Source of the DNA: Chiloscyllium plagiosum
Taxonomy: Eukaryota
NCBI RefSeq assembly: GCF_004010195.1
Contig: NC_057719.1
Coordinates: 41,578,910 to 41,642,909, forward strand
Direction of reading: 5' to 3'
Length of the DNA: 64,000 bases
Both the position numbers and the translations under genes were made by a program. Positions 1-14,035 of the stretch are shown in pieces (position 1 is the first letter of the stretch; every line of letters starts with the position of its first letter). The notes below the pieces were generated by a model. It searched no databases, was not told where the DNA came from, and saw nothing but the letters and a program-made list of their open reading frames with translations.

Positions 1-826
1 GCTGATGGAATTTAACGTGAGCAGGTGCGAGGTCTTGCACTTTGGCAAAAAGAATAAAAGCATAGACTACTTTCTAAATGGTGAGAAAATTAATCAAGCC
101 AAAGCACAAAGGGATCTGGGAGTGCTAGTCGAGGATTCTCTAAAGGTAAACATGCAGGTTGAGTCCGTGATTAAGAAAGCGAATGCAATGTTGTCTCTTA
201 TCTCAAGAGGGTTGGAATATAAAAGCAGAGATGTACTACTAAGACTTTATAAAGCTCTGGTTAGGCCTCATTTGGAGTACTGTGTCCAGTTTTGGTCCCC
301 ACACCTCAGGAAGGACATACTGGCACTGGAACGTGTCCAGCGGAGATTCACACGGATGATCCCTGGAATGACAGGTCTAACATATGAGGAACGGCTGAGG
401 ATACTGGGATTGTATTCGTTGGAGTTTAGAAGATTAAGGGGAGACTTAATAGAGACGTACAAAATAATACATGGCTTGGAAAAGGTGGATGCTAGGAAAT
501 TGTTTCCGTTAGACGAGGAGACTAGGACCCGTGGACACAGCCTTAGAATTAGAGGGGGTCATTTCAGAACAGAAATGCGGAGACATTTCTTCAGCCAGAG
601 AGTGGTGGGCCTGTGGAATTCATTGCCACGGAGTGCAGTGGAAGCCGGGACGCTAAATGTCTTCAAGGCCGAGATTGATAGATTCTTGTTGTCTAGAGGA
701 ATTAAGGGCTACGGGGAGAATGCTGGTAAGTGGAGCTGAAATGCGCATCAGCCATGATTGAATGGCGGAGTGGACTCGATGGGCCGAATGACCTTACTTC
801 CACTCCTATGTCTTATGGTCTTATGG
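1..826 (+). mobile_element. CR1-clade LINE, 3' end (RT C-terminus, 3'UTR, tail); runs off the window at 5'
   Basis: ORF 5..739 is open to its natural stop and has CR1 ORF2 motifs (RDLGV, LYKALVRPHLEYCVQFWSP, LERVQRRFTRMI, FFSQRVVGLWNSLP); ends in a (TCTTATGG)n tail. Confidence 0.95.
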
Positions 827-1337
827 AATTCAGTTGTATTTTGCAGTTGATCTTTTACTCCGAAATTATTAATCAACCTTGCCTAAATGCATATTACTAG
901 ACCTAAAATAGCTTTTTTGTTAGTTAGTTCAATGTATTGCTATATAAATCTGTCATGAAGACATTCTACAAACTCATCTTTTAGACTATCCTTGCCAATT
1001 TGACTGTCCCAAACTATATGACGATTAAATACTCCCCATCCATAATTATTACTTTGCCTTTCTTATATCCTCCAGTAATTGTTTTGCTTAACACTCAGTC
1101 CAACAATATAGCTCCAGTTGGAGTCATATAAAGCATGCACACCAGTGTTTTTTTGACTCTTGCTATCCCCGACCTACACCCATAACAATTCTACTTCCTG
1201 ACCTTCTGAGTTGAGAAGCTTTCTCACTTATATTCCTGTGTCATCATGTACTGCTATTCTGTATGTCTTTCTGAAATACTGTGTGCCTGAGTACCTACTT
1301 TCCAACTTTGATCACATTATAACTATTTCTCTATAAT

Positions 1338-1622
1338 GATTAGATTCCTTACAGTGTGGAAACAGGGCCTTTGGCCCAACAAGTCCACACCGACACACAA
1401 CCCACCCAGACCATTCCCTTACATTTACCCCTTCACCTAATACTACGGGCAATTTAGCATGGCCAATTCACCTAACCTGCACACATTTTTGGACTGTGGG
1501 AGGAAACCGGAGCACATCCACGCAGAGAATGTGCAAACTCCACACAGTTGCCTGAGGCGGGAATTGAACCCAGGTCTCTGGCACTGAGAGGCAGCAGTGC
1601 TAACCACTGTGCCACCGTGCCA
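1338..1622 (-). mobile_element. tRNA-derived SINE (HE1-like shark SINE)
   Basis: Reverse complement has A box TGGCACAGTGG, B box GGTTCAATTCC and tail CCTGTTTCCACACTGTA..AATCTAATC; homologous copies occur throughout the window. Confidence 0.9.
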
Positions 1623-1940
1623 CTTAATCATTTCTTTGTGCCACTAATTCATCCATTTATTTCAGATGCCTCATGCATTCTTAGTGCGCAATTGCATTTT
1701 TTTGCTGTTATTCTTTATGAAATTACTGCTAAACTCTTTCATCCTTGCTGCCCCACTCTGCTTGTCTTTAACCACATCTCTATTCTGTCACATTGCCTTA
1801 ATCATTCTCTTTGGATTACCTAAATGTTTCCCTTAAATGTTTAAAGAATGCTTTGCAACCCTAATTATATAACTGGCCAGAATGCTGGTCCCAGCCCAGT
1901 TTAAGCGGAGCCCAAACCAACCAATTACTGTAGCTCCCTC

Positions 1941-2250
1941 TTAGAATCATAGAATCTCTACAGTGCGGAAAGGGACCATTTGGTCCATCAAGTTGGCACT
2001 GACCCTCCAAAGAGCATCCCATCCATACCCAGCCCCTCACGCTACATAAGCCATATTTAATCCACCTAACCTGCACATATCTGGACTCTATGGGCAACTT
2101 AGCATTGCCAATCGACTAACCTGCACATCTTTGTAATGTGGGAGGAAACTGGATCATTCGGAGGAAACCCAGACAGACACAGGCAAAATCTCCACACAAA
2201 TAGTCACCCAAGGCTGGTGCTGTGAGGCAGCAATGCTAATCACTGAGCCA
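1941..2250 (-). mobile_element. Degenerate SINE of the same family
   Basis: Diverged match to 1338-1622 and 47579-47897. Confidence 0.75.
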
Positions 2251-2805
2251 ATGTACTTACAGATACCAAACCTTTTCCTTCCTATATCATTTCTTGAGTA
2301 AGATGTTTGATTCTTAAATCTGCTTTATATTTCACCAATGGCAAGGAGCTCAGTCAACAATCCTAACCTTTCTTTTAATTTGGGCCCTAACTCCTCAAAC
2401 TCTCTCAGAAGAACGTTATGCTTTGTTTTTTTCTGTCGTTGCTTCTCATTCTGGTCACAAAGACTATATCCTCTTACTTTAGTTTAGCACCAGGCAGACA
2501 ACACAACTTTGGGAGCTCCCAGTCACAAATACAGAGAACTCTCTATCCATTTAACTATACTGTCCCCTTTCAATACCACATTCATTTTGGCATTCTCCAT
2601 TGAATGGCAGCCTGCACATTGTACCACAGTCAATTCACTCATCCTCCACGCAGTCCTCGATATCTAGTCCCTGTAATCTGGAGCTGACACTCTTCCATCT
2701 CTACATACTGGCTCGCCATACCTGCCTGACTCATAATCACATCCTCTTAACCACTGACAAGGTTGGAAGTTCTGCCTATTCTAAATGGTGTGACTGCATC
2801 CTGGA

Positions 2806-3052
2806 TTTTTTTTCACAAATGCATGGGATGTGGGCATCACTGGTGGCCTGCATTTATTGCTCATCTCTAACTATCCTTGAGACATTGGTGGTGATCTGCC
2901 TTCTTGAACTGCTGCAGTTCACCTGCTGTAGGTTCACCCTCAATCCCATGAGGCAGGGTATATCAGGATTCTGACCCAGGAACAGTGAAGAAATGGCAAT
3001 CTATTTCCAAGTTAGGATGGTGAGGTGCTTGGAGGGGATCTTGCAAGTGGTG
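2806..3052 (-). mobile_element. Old LINE 3' end fragment (CR1/L2 group)
   Basis: Homologous to 19958-20615 (shared TTGAACTGCTGCAGT, GGATGGTG..TTGGAGGG blocks); family assignment is from recall. Confidence 0.6.
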
Positions 3053-6000
3053 TCCAGATAACTCTCTCCTCCTCACTGATGTGACACACATTGTATGAAT
3101 TATTTGACAATTTTAAGAAACAAATTATTCGGAAAAGGGCAACATTTCAGTCTCGAGTTTCTAAAGAAAATTATATTTACCCAATCATGATTTTAAAAAA
3201 ATGGACAAAGCTGAAAGATGATTAAAATGATGTGTTAGGTTTGAAATTATTTCTCTAAAAACTATAAAGAAAGTCAACAATTAATTAGCCTGTTTCAGCA
3301 CTAGAAAATCTCCTGTGCTACTATTTCCCATGTGTCAGAGGTCACCATGTTGCAAAGGACAGGAGATTGGACAGGCTGTAGTACAGGCATGACCTTTTTC
3401 CTTGTGCTTTGCCTGGCCAATTATTTAATATCTCTGAAAGGAAACCTGCAAATTAGAGGAAGACAGACAGATTATTTTTCTGTGCATCTGATGGACATTT
3501 TCTTGTTACTGAAGAAGTAATGTCATGTGCTCTATGTTCATTGATATAAATGACCTCGGTGATGTTAACTCATTTTAATACAAACTTATTTTTGCGGACG
3601 TGAAGAGAAATGAAAATTGGATACACTTATATAAAATAACAAAAAGATGGTGAAGTAAACCATGAAGGTGTATGAGACTTTCAACAGCCATGTGTATACT
3701 GAGTAAAAACCATCTTCAAATTTTATATGTGCATATAATTCACCACTGGCCATCAATGAATCCATATAGATGGATAAATATATAGCAGAAATATATGTAA
3801 TAAATAAAGGATAGATGACTATGACCTATGGGGGTTTCTAAGCATACTAATGCCAAACTGTGTTCGCTTTCTGTTTTACAGTCTGGGTTAGATAAAGATT
3901 TTAGATTCAAGTTTAACAGAGGTCCTTTCTGTCATAATTTCATCACAAAATACTGAAAATTGAACATCAACAAAATGTTTAGGACAAGCTTTGTATATAT
4001 CCTCCATTAAAAGTGCCCAAAATCTTTTTATCAGGCACAATCTGTATATGTTAAACAGAACCTAATGCATCTTACTACTCATGTAATGATTTCCTTTTCC
4101 CGAGGTCTGTTTGTCTAACAAGAAAATCAAGCTGCCTAATTTTTGTTCTCATTGATGACAACCATAAAATTGTAATACTTGGTTTAGTCAGCTTGCTGTA
4201 TTTTTCATTTCGGTTGGAAAGGCTGCAAGACACCATAATGTAATCTGATCTTAATGCCCAATATTTGTAACCCTGTTACTGTAAATAATCTACTTGGCCT
4301 GCACGAGCAAAGTAAGAGGGAAATGGAATTATGTTTTTTTTGACTCAGTGACATTTTTCATAACATGGAACTCCAATCAATCAAAGACAATCTATTCACA
4401 TTCAGAAGAAGAAGAAGTTCGGCTTTTGCATTAACCAACAGTGTGCTGTGAAATGGCAAATACAGCTGTGGGCTTTCTGAGCAAACCACAGCAAAAATAT
4501 CTTTGCAACATTTGAATAAGAAAGAGTAGAAATTGTCCTTTGCTAGCCAGTGGTCCCTATTTTCTTATTGTAATTGTGAAAGCAAAGTACTTTAATGCTT
4601 TAATGTATAGCACCTTGGGGAAAGCTATCTCTCTCGAAGTGATAAAAATGTAAATTTCAACAACTGAGGGACTTGAGTCCTTCACTAAACACATAAACTA
4701 GTAAAATATCTGAAGGAAACCAAAGATAAGTAGCCTGATGCCCAAGAACAAAAGGTTTGCACGCTAAACCTTCAATCCTCATTCTCAGTTGAAAAATCCA
4801 CTGTAAAATTAATGCAATGCCAAAGTAAAATGCAATGGCACTGAATTAATTTTACCCCTTTAAAACTAAGTTATGACGGAGATAATTTACTTTCCAGATG
4901 GATTTGACAGCTGGAAAGGCCAGCCTGAGTTGCAGCTTTTTCTGATTCATTTATGACACAGAGTGACACATTTCAAATCTAGCAACAAATCAATGTTCCA
5001 TTTCTGTGCTTCCCCTGCTTTACTTCAGTTTGTGGTCTTGTATTTGCTAGATTGCAATGGATTACTATCTTAATCTTTAGACGACAACAGAAATGTGTTA
5101 TATTTGTCTTAAATGAGAAGCATGCCTTCAAAGCCTCCAAAATACTATTTTGAAAATGTCAACCTCATGTTTTTTTTCAGAAAGAGAGACAATTAGTTTG
5201 AGTTTTTCCAAAAATTCAGCTAAAGTTGCAGGTTTGTTTTTCTCTCAATGTAAGCCATTACATCATATGTGGGTTCACACAACGTAACAAAGAACCAACA
5301 AAGTAGAACACTAGTTATTGGAACAAGAACATTTCAATTTATCGCTTTGAAGAATGTCAACAGTATCCGATAAGCAAAGGTTCACCCTGAACAATAAAAA
5401 TATGGAAAATTAATCACATTATTTCTTATTGCAACAGTGGTAAGTTAGACAGCTCACTCTGGCTAACACTGCAGGCAAGAAGCTATCACAGCTTAATTCC
5501 ATGCAAAGGCATGTTTTTTGAACTGTGGGAATTACTGATATAAAGTTACACCAGAGTTTACATAGATCCATACAAAACTGCAGTGTTTTACTTCTTGCAA
5601 CCTAGTTTCAAGTATAGTGGAAGGACCATTACACAGTGCTGTATAATCCCTTCTCAATTAATGAAATATGACAATGTAATGTTCCAAGTGGTATATTAGC
5701 TTACCTCCAATTGTCTGGGTGACAGAGTGGAAAAGGACAGCAACTCTGATTTTAATTGTCACCAGCTGATGGAAACTGAGTGACGGGGAGAAGAGAGTGG
5801 GAGCTGAAATTTGACAAATCTCTCATCCTGCTCGTTTCCTATTTTGCCCCACTACTAACCTGCTCTTTTGAGAAGGTGAATAGGACACAAAAGTGAAAGC
5901 ACTGTTGCATTTTAAAAATGTAGGTTGAGCACAATTATGTCATTGGGGCCCAATGTGTTTTGTTGAAGGCCTGAGCCAGATGTGATCTGAGCATCTCTCA

Positions 6001-7106
6001 CAGTCTGCCAGAAGTACAGTGCTGGATTGTTTTATCTTCATCAGGTTGTTGTACCTGATGAGAAGATACTGACGCTAACTCCTGTAACACAAGAACTAGA
6101 TATACATACTGAGGTACTGAGGGATTCAATAGATAGCTATTAAAGCTCCTGGTATCAATAAATATTACAATCATGGGAACTGGGATAATACGAAGTAATT
6201 CAGTCACAAGTTTTGGCACAATTCTTTCAGTAAGTCAAGCTGCAAGTGGGACCAGGAATAAAAAGTCTGAGACCTTTTATACCCTTTGATCATCTGTCAT
6301 AATAAAAGGATGATATCATGAACATGTCTCTTTGAAGCTATATTGCATAGTAACTATGGATATAACATATCAGGGGAGGAGTGATGAATCTCTTCTGCCA
6401 GGCTATCTCTCTCCTCTTAACAGATCCATTCAATGACAATCCACCCTATTCCCTCCTCCCAATATTTGTCACAGGTTCTTACATGCTTCAGAATCAGCCA
6501 AAGTTTATTCTCCTCCATCATTCTGCTGACCATCATGAATTATTCTCATGGATTCTTGTTTGTGACTGTTGCCACCAAATGCCCATTTCTAGCACCTGCC
6601 CACATGGTTAATCTGGCTATAAGGTGGGATTCTGCGGTGATGTATTTAAATGAAACACTGCTGTTGAGATACATCTCTCGATTCTGCGACTTGCTAGGTT
6701 TATCCTCATTTCAAGGCTCTGTTACACGATCCCTTCAAACCCATGAAAATTGCAGCCAAGATCTTGGTGACTTCTTGTCCAAAGAAGAATCATATCAGAC
6801 TCAAAGCCTTTTACTCTCCACAGATGTTGCCATTTTTAAAAACAATTTTCAGCCTTCTCATGTATCTTTTCTCTTTCTTATAATTAAATGTTTCTTACCC
6901 TCTATGGGACTTGGTTTGAGATTGAATTCACCCTCCCCCATTTAATTTAAGCATCTCAGTCCTTTTTTTAAACAATTTCTTAATACTTAAAACTGATTGG
7001 TAATATGGAAATATGCTCTTGGCCACTCAATTCACACAGTTCCCAATGCACAGTTTTCTTTATTCACATTCCATCATCAGCTCATACCTTCAGCAATTTA
7101 AATGAG

Positions 7107-7158
7107 ATATATATATGAGAGAGAGAGAGACAGAGAGAGAGAGACAGAGAGAGAGAGC
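7107..7158. repeat. (TA)n(GA)n microsatellite
   Basis: Seen directly. Confidence 0.95.
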
Positions 7159-8197
7159 TGAAGGGTGCAGGCAAAATACTTCAACCAAGTGTTTTGACAT
7201 TTATCTTTATCACGATCTGCAGTTTGTTATCAAAAATCCTTTTTCTTTGCAAATATGCCTCACCCTGTCTCAGTTATTTCAGTGTCTAATAGACAGTAAC
7301 ATATCAATAGATGTAGGCAGCAAGCAAAGAGTGCTTTTTTGGGTCAGCACTGTATGAGGACATTAGGTTAACTCAGAAAAGAAAGTTTCATTATGTTATT
7401 GTCTTCTACCTCAACACCTCTAAACAGAAATAATTGGAGGGACTGCTTACACTGTTCAATGTTACAGCAGCAGCACAAGTAATGACCAATACATACAATA
7501 GATAATAAATTTAATTAAAATTCAGTAACCCCATGGCAAATATTTCTGTCTCCATTTCTGAAATGAATTGTTGTGGAAAACTGCCTTGACACAATGGTCC
7601 TCTACTTGACCTCAGCCACCACCTGTATACATCATTTCATGCTGCATTATAAATGAATGCTACAGTGAGTCAAAATTCAATTCGAGCCACTTATTCTTCC
7701 AATAATAGGTCGTGTGCTGCTTGTGTTTTTCTACCTGATGTTTCACCTGCAAGAAAGTACATTCTACCTTCTGATCTAATGGTAAAGGTAAGTGTGTGAC
7801 TAGCTGCTGAATGTTCCTGAATGTTTCCTGGGCAGATAATGCCTCCTGCAGTGACATCAAAAAGCCCTGTATCTTCTAATGATATATTTGATACCACAGT
7901 GACTGTTTGAGTTTGCTTTCTAGTGGAGTACATAAGGAGGAGAGCTGAAGAATATCCTGGTTAAAATGCCCCAACATGCCCTTTTATTTGTGCCTGTTTC
8001 TGCTGCAAGCTGTTGTCTGCATGCTGTTTGATCACAGGGTGGTGATAAAGTCAGCAAAGCCCCACTTCAGGTATTACCCAGCCAATTCCCAGCATGGTGA
8101 ATGCAAATATGACAGACTCATGGATACTGGTGACTAAGATCGATAATATTACTTAGTTCACTTCCACGTATATAATGAGCTTGCATACAAACTTTTA

Positions 8198-9150
8198 AAC
8201 TAGGAATGAGAGTGGACCATTTAGCCTCTTTGAACCTGTTCCTCTTTTACTGTAATATAATGGTTGAACTGATTGTAGCCTCCAATCTATTTTGATATCT
8301 ATCCCATGTAACCTTTGACTCCCTTGTCAACCAAGAATCTATCTTAAAAATATTCAGTGACCCAGCTTCCACTGCTCTCTGGAGAAGTGAATTCCACAGA
8401 CTAATGACTCTCTGAGAGAAAGAAAGTTCTCTTTATCTCTGTGTTAAACGGAAAGCCACTCATTTTTAAACTGTGCCCCTCCAAGTTCTAGTTACTCCAA
8501 TAAGGGAAAACATCCTCTCAGCATCACTCTTTCAAGACTCCTCTAATCTTATATTTCGGAATAATATCACCTCATTCTTCATGACTCCACTTCTCTGAAC
8601 TGCTTCGAATACAATTTTATCCTTTCTCAAGTAGGATTATCTAATCTATACACAGGCTCACAGCCATGGTTTCACCAAGACCCCATACAGCTGCAATCAA
8701 ACTTCCTTACTGTTATATTCCATTTGTCTTGCAATAAATACCAACATTCTATTTACCTTCCTAATCATTTGCTGTACTCAGTCATAAACCTTTTGTAATT
8801 CATGTACCAACACAGTCAGATTCCTCAGTACCTGAGAGTTACATAACCTCTCTCTCATATATAGAATACTGCTTTCCTATTCTTCCTATCAAAGTGGAGA
8901 AATGCACATTTTCTCACATCATACTCCATCTAACAATATTTTATCCATTCACTTAACCTAAACATATCCCTTTACAGACTCCTTACTTTCTGTTCAAAAC
9001 TTGTTTTCCTATCTCTCTTTATGTCATCACCAAATTTAACAGCCATATATATGGTTCCTTCATCTAACTCATTGATATAGATTGCAAATAGTGACACCTC
9101 ACCATTAATCACTGCAGCGCTCTGCTAGTTACAACTTGTCAACTTGAAGA
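8198..9150 (-). mobile_element. Old degraded CR1 3' fragment
   Basis: Collinear with the degraded CR1 copies at 12126+, 31685+ and 59955-60630. Confidence 0.75.
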
Positions 9151-10274
9151 TGGTCTGAAAGTTCTCCACACTGTGTTGAGATTTCTGGCAAGAAAGGTAC
9201 CAGTTCAGATGGGCAGATGGTCCTGAGACCCATATGTCCCAAATCAACAGCATGCTACACATATTTTCAAAGATTTCACAAGTCAGTGGAGTTCAGAAAA
9301 CAACATTCTATCTGCTTGTGGCAGCTGACAATTGTGTGTAGCTAGATTTCTGGGCTAACTATTGTCTGTTTCCTACAATCAAGCTGTGCTTTTCAACCAT
9401 TGTTCCAGATCCACCCCTGTATAGTGTAACCTCTTGGCATGAGAACTGATTAATTCAGCACACCCACTGGGTCTGTACAGCCTGCTACTGTACAGGGATA
9501 CCAGTCTAATCACTAAGAGAAACCAATATAAGATAATAGAAACAACATGCTCCTTATTATATAGGTGACTTGGCAGCACGTGCTGTATTGAGTAACACAC
9601 TTGAATATGTGACAGATGATGAAAAAGAAGGAAAGACTGCAACGATGGGTAAGTCTTGAGAAGTGGGTTGACCTTCTGCATGAAATTTTCAAATAAACTT
9701 CACTGAATTTGCTATATTAATTTTCAACCACATCTCCTGAAGTTAACCTAGAGATCAAATTCTTGGCTTTTTAAAAAATATGATTTGTAATTCCCTTCTT
9801 AGTATTTCTTTCTGGTAATTATAACATAGTTTGAAGAGTTTTCATCTCCCTAAAATGGCTGTTGGTGGCAACATGTTGAGAGATACTCGTTATATTCATC
9901 CTAGTACTCCTTCTACATAAACAGTTATTGACAGGAGATTGGAACACTGTATCCGGTGCATGATATTGGGAAGGAGACTCTTCTCAGTCTCTTTGAGCAC
10001 AAAATCCAGATGAGGCCAACACAGGCAATGTACTGTTTACAATTGTGGAAAAAACTAGGACCAACCTGCCATTCTGGCTGTTGGACAGTGAAGGATGTGG
10101 GTAGCAGAGAACTGTGAAGGTTAGAAAACCCTACCTTCCATGATGATATCTATCCCAACCTATTATACTGTGGTACTGTAAGTCTGCAGGTGCACAGACC
10201 TCATTTTCAATTACTTCACAGGAACCTATGCTGTTTTCCAAATAAACAATGTTCAATGTTAATCTTCTCACTTG

Positions 10275-10495
10275 TAAATTCAAGATTCATTCCAAAAACT
10301 TGAACGTCAAAGACTTCTGGCTGACATTTCAGTACCGTACTGAAGAAGTGCTATAATGTTGAAGGTACTGTCCTTCAGGCAGGTCATTAACCTGAAGCTT
10401 AAAATGTCCTCTCAAATGAATTTAAGAGATCCAGTGACTCTATTTAAAGAAGAGCAAAGAGTTGTATTAATAACCTGGCCACAATTTAACTGGAC
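10275..10495 (+). mobile_element. Degenerate Deu-domain SINE (DeuSINE/SacSINE1-like)
   Basis: GTACTGAAGAAGTGCT...GTCCTTCAG...AGATCCAGTGACTCTATTTAAAGAAGAGCAAAGAGTT resembles the Deu central domain as I recall it. Confidence 0.6.
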
Positions 10496-13061
10496 AAAAC
10501 AGAAGATTTCATAATTTGAACATGTTACTTGTACTTTATCGTTTTTAAGGGGAACAATTATGACTTTACAGACATGTTAGCCATAAAACAGTCAGGAACA
10601 AAATATTGAATTGAGTGTCACAATGATTAAGTAAGGAAACATACATTTCCTGGGAACGTTAAACAAAGTTCAAACACAAAACAGAATGTGTCTCCTAGAC
10701 ATTCTGGTACAGAGGCTCAAAGAGAACTGCACCAGAAGGAATGAAAAAAATGTTACTGCATTTAATCTCAATTGATCAAATGACACTGAAGAGGAAATGG
10801 TTATTCACAGAATGACAGTGAGATTTTAAGTAATAAGAGAATGTAAAATGTGTCATTGAGTTCTGATGACATTTAATGTGCAAAGACATTGCGCAAGATA
10901 ATAAAATGTTGACATGAATATAAGTTTTCTGGAAAATCTCATAAAGCTTTCTCTTTTAAACACTTGCGGAATGTAAAGTGATGGGACTAAAGTGTCGCTG
11001 TCCCATAGCTACAGGCTGTTTGTTGTAATTGTACTGTCACAGGCTGATTGAGCCAGTCATAGTCATTGGCAATGGTGAAAGCTAGACCTTTGCTCTAGGA
11101 CACAATCAATACTAAATTAGCCTTTAATTACAAGTCTTTCAATTATTCAGTGTTGACTTATGATGTGGTGTCAGTAGGCTGTAAATCTTTCTTGAAGGTC
11201 TGAAGGTCTTGTTTGGAAGTTCTTAATTTATTTTCATGACACAGGGTACAAAAATAGAAAGTCTTTCTTCAAAGTCATTTAATAATTCAAATTGAAATTC
11301 ATGTACTGCATCATGTAATTTGTGGACATGGAAAATATGTTCGCATTTAAAGGGTAGTATAGACAAATATTGTTTTTCTAATACTTCATACAAATTTATG
11401 AAATGAACTCCATTGTGAATTATATTGAGAAATCACCACTGATTTTGTGTGCTATTCTTATTTGGAGATCGAATTAAATAAATGAACCTTCAATATTTGT
11501 CTGGAAGCTTATATATGTTGCATAATTATTTCATCCTTGTAATGAACATTTCAATTCTCGTTTTTGTTCAAGTTATTTTGTTTTCTTTCAATGTTGCATT
11601 CCCTTGAAAGAGGCGTAATTGCCTCCATCTGAGGGAAACTAAACAGGAAGAACAAATTCCCTTCTTGCCACATCTGTTATGTTACAATTTCAAAATGTCT
11701 GATTTTCAGATGTATTTTTTTCAGGCAAGTACCTGATGTATTTATGAAAGTCAGTATCCAGGTATGCCAATAGGACCACATTCAGGAAATTAGTGGGATA
11801 CTAAGAATGACCACTCTGTGATCAAGAATTTGGTCAGACTGACCAAAAGTCAATGTAGGATAAATTTAAACTTCTTTATTGGACTGGAAAGAGCAGAAAG
11901 ACATCACTGAGCACACACTGAGTGCAGACAGAATGAATAAAAACTAACTCTGTCCCATCTTCATGCCCAACAAGTGACCAGACTTTATACCAATTGTTTT
12001 TGGAAGCAAGTCAGCAAATTGCATGCTAATGAGTCTTCATTACTGGATTAGCTAGACCTCCTATTATTCCAGGATAGGCATATAGCTTGCTCGGCCAATT
12101 TCCCACCTTGGCTTTAATGAATACGTACATGAACAACAAACAGGAAAAGGCCTGTTAACTCCTTGAGTCGGCTCTACTGTTCAATGAGGTCATGACTGAT
12201 CTGATTGGTACCTCAAATCTGCATACCCCTGCCTACCCATGATAACCTTCACCCTTCAGTTAACAAGAATCTATCAATATTCAAAGTCTCTGCCTCTGTT
12301 GATTTTTCAGGAAGAGAATTCAAAAGATTCTCTAACAGAAAAAAAGCTGCCTCATGTTTCTGTTAAATGAGTGACCCCTGACCTTTAAACAGTGACCCCC
12401 AGTTCTAAATTCTCCAAAATGAGGAAACACCTCACCACATTTACTTTGTTAAGATTTCTCTGTGATTTAAAAGTTTCAATCAAGTCATTTCTAATGCTTA
12501 CAAGCTCTACTATATACAAGCCTAACTTGTCATTATGGATCAGACAAAACTCCCTCAAACTATATTAAGAAGAATATCTAGACTTTTTTAATTTTAAAGG
12601 CAAGTGTATGGTGTTGTATTCCAGATTGCTCAAACAACTCAATGTTAGGCAAAACACACTTTATTTTTGCACTACAGTTAAAATACAGACAAATAAAAGA
12701 ATTGGCTCAGCAATAACATTATCAAAATGTTTATCAAAATAATATACATATTAACTACTAGAGTCGCAGAGTCATAGAGATGTACAACACGGAAACAGAC
12801 ACTTTGGTCCAACATGTCCATGCCAACCAGTTATGCTAACCTAATCTAATCCCATTTGCCGGCACTTAAACCATATCCCTCTAAACCCTTCCTATTCATA
12901 TACCCATCCAGATGCCTTTTAAATGTTGTAATTGTACTAGCCTCCACCACTTCCTCTGGCCACTCATTCTATACACGCACCACCCTCTATGTGAAAAAGT
13001 TGCCCCTCAGGTCCCTTTTATATCTGTTGTGGTTCTGTTCGCCGAGCTGGAAGTTTTTGTT

Positions 13062-13102
13062 GCAAACGTTTCATCCCCTGGCTAGGCGACATCATCAGTG
13101 TT
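13062..13102 (-). ncRNA. Minimal hammerhead ribozyme motif (PLE-associated, inverted arm)
   Basis: Reverse complement reads CTGATGA-T-GTCGCCTagccAGGGGAT-GAAA-CG-TT. Confidence 0.5.
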
Positions 13103-13994
13103 GGGAGCCTCCTGCGAAGTGCTTCTTTGATGTTTCCTCCGGTGTTTATAGTGGTCTGTCCCTGCCGCTTCCGGTTGTCAGTTTCAGCTGTCCGCTGTAG
13201 TGGTTGGTATATTGGGTCCAGGTCGATGTGTTTGTTGATGGAGTTTGTGGATGAGTGCCATGCCTCTAGGAATTCCCTCTATATAGTGTTTTGTGCAGTC
13301 CTTGCATGGTATTTTGTACACTACATTCGTTTTGCTCATGTTGGGTATTGGGTCCTTCGTTCTGGTGAGTTGTTGTCTGAGCGTGGCTGTTGGTTTGTGT
13401 GCTGTTATGAGTCCTAGGGGTCGCAGTAGTCTGGCTGTCAGTTCTGAGATGCTCCTGATGTATGGTAGTGTTGCTAGTCCTTTTGGTTGTGGTATGTCCT
13501 CGTTCCGTGGTCTTTCTCTTAGTCATCTGTTGATGAAGTTGCGCGGGTATCCGTTTTTGGCGAATACCTTGTATAGGTGTTCCTCTTCTTCTTTTTGTAG
13601 TTCTGGTGTACTGTAGTGTGTTGTGGCCCTTTTGAATAGTGTCCTGATGCAGCTTCGTTTGTGTGTGTTGGTGTGGCTTTCCTGTATACAGGAAAGCCAC
13701 ACACACAGACCAAGTCCTAAACTATGAAAGTAACCACCCCAACACACACAAACACACACAATATGAATTCGACTGGGACAACACTACTGTCATAGGGCAA
13801 GCCAGACAGAGAACAGCCAGGGAATTCCTAGAGGCATGGCATTCATCCACAAACTCCATCAACAAACACATCGACCTGGACCCAATATACCAACCACTAC
13901 AGCGGACAGCTGAAACTGACAACCAGAAGCGGCAGGGACAGACCACTATAAACACCAGAGGAAACATCAAAGAAGCGCTTCGCAGGAGGCTCCC

Positions 13995-14035
13995 AACACT
14001 GATGATGTCGCCTAGCCAGGGGACGAAACGTTTGC
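13995..14035 (+). ncRNA. Minimal hammerhead ribozyme motif (PLE-associated)
   Basis: CTGATGA (13999-14005), stem II GTC.CCT/AGG.GAC, GAAA (14025-14028), CG, TT; stem I is weak in this copy. Confidence 0.55.

Noticed and set aside
6033..6068. Short hairpin containing CTGATGA as a hammerhead
   Set aside because: No stem II and GAAA box follow; at most a decayed relic or chance.
6433..6945. 170-aa ORF, and nearby 5998..6219, as a gene or endogenous viral element
   Set aside because: No recognisable motif in the frames I translated; cannot be supported without a search.
7709..7787. Possible exon ending AAG|GTAAGT
   Set aside because: Good donor but weak acceptor, no recognisable peptide and no partner exons.
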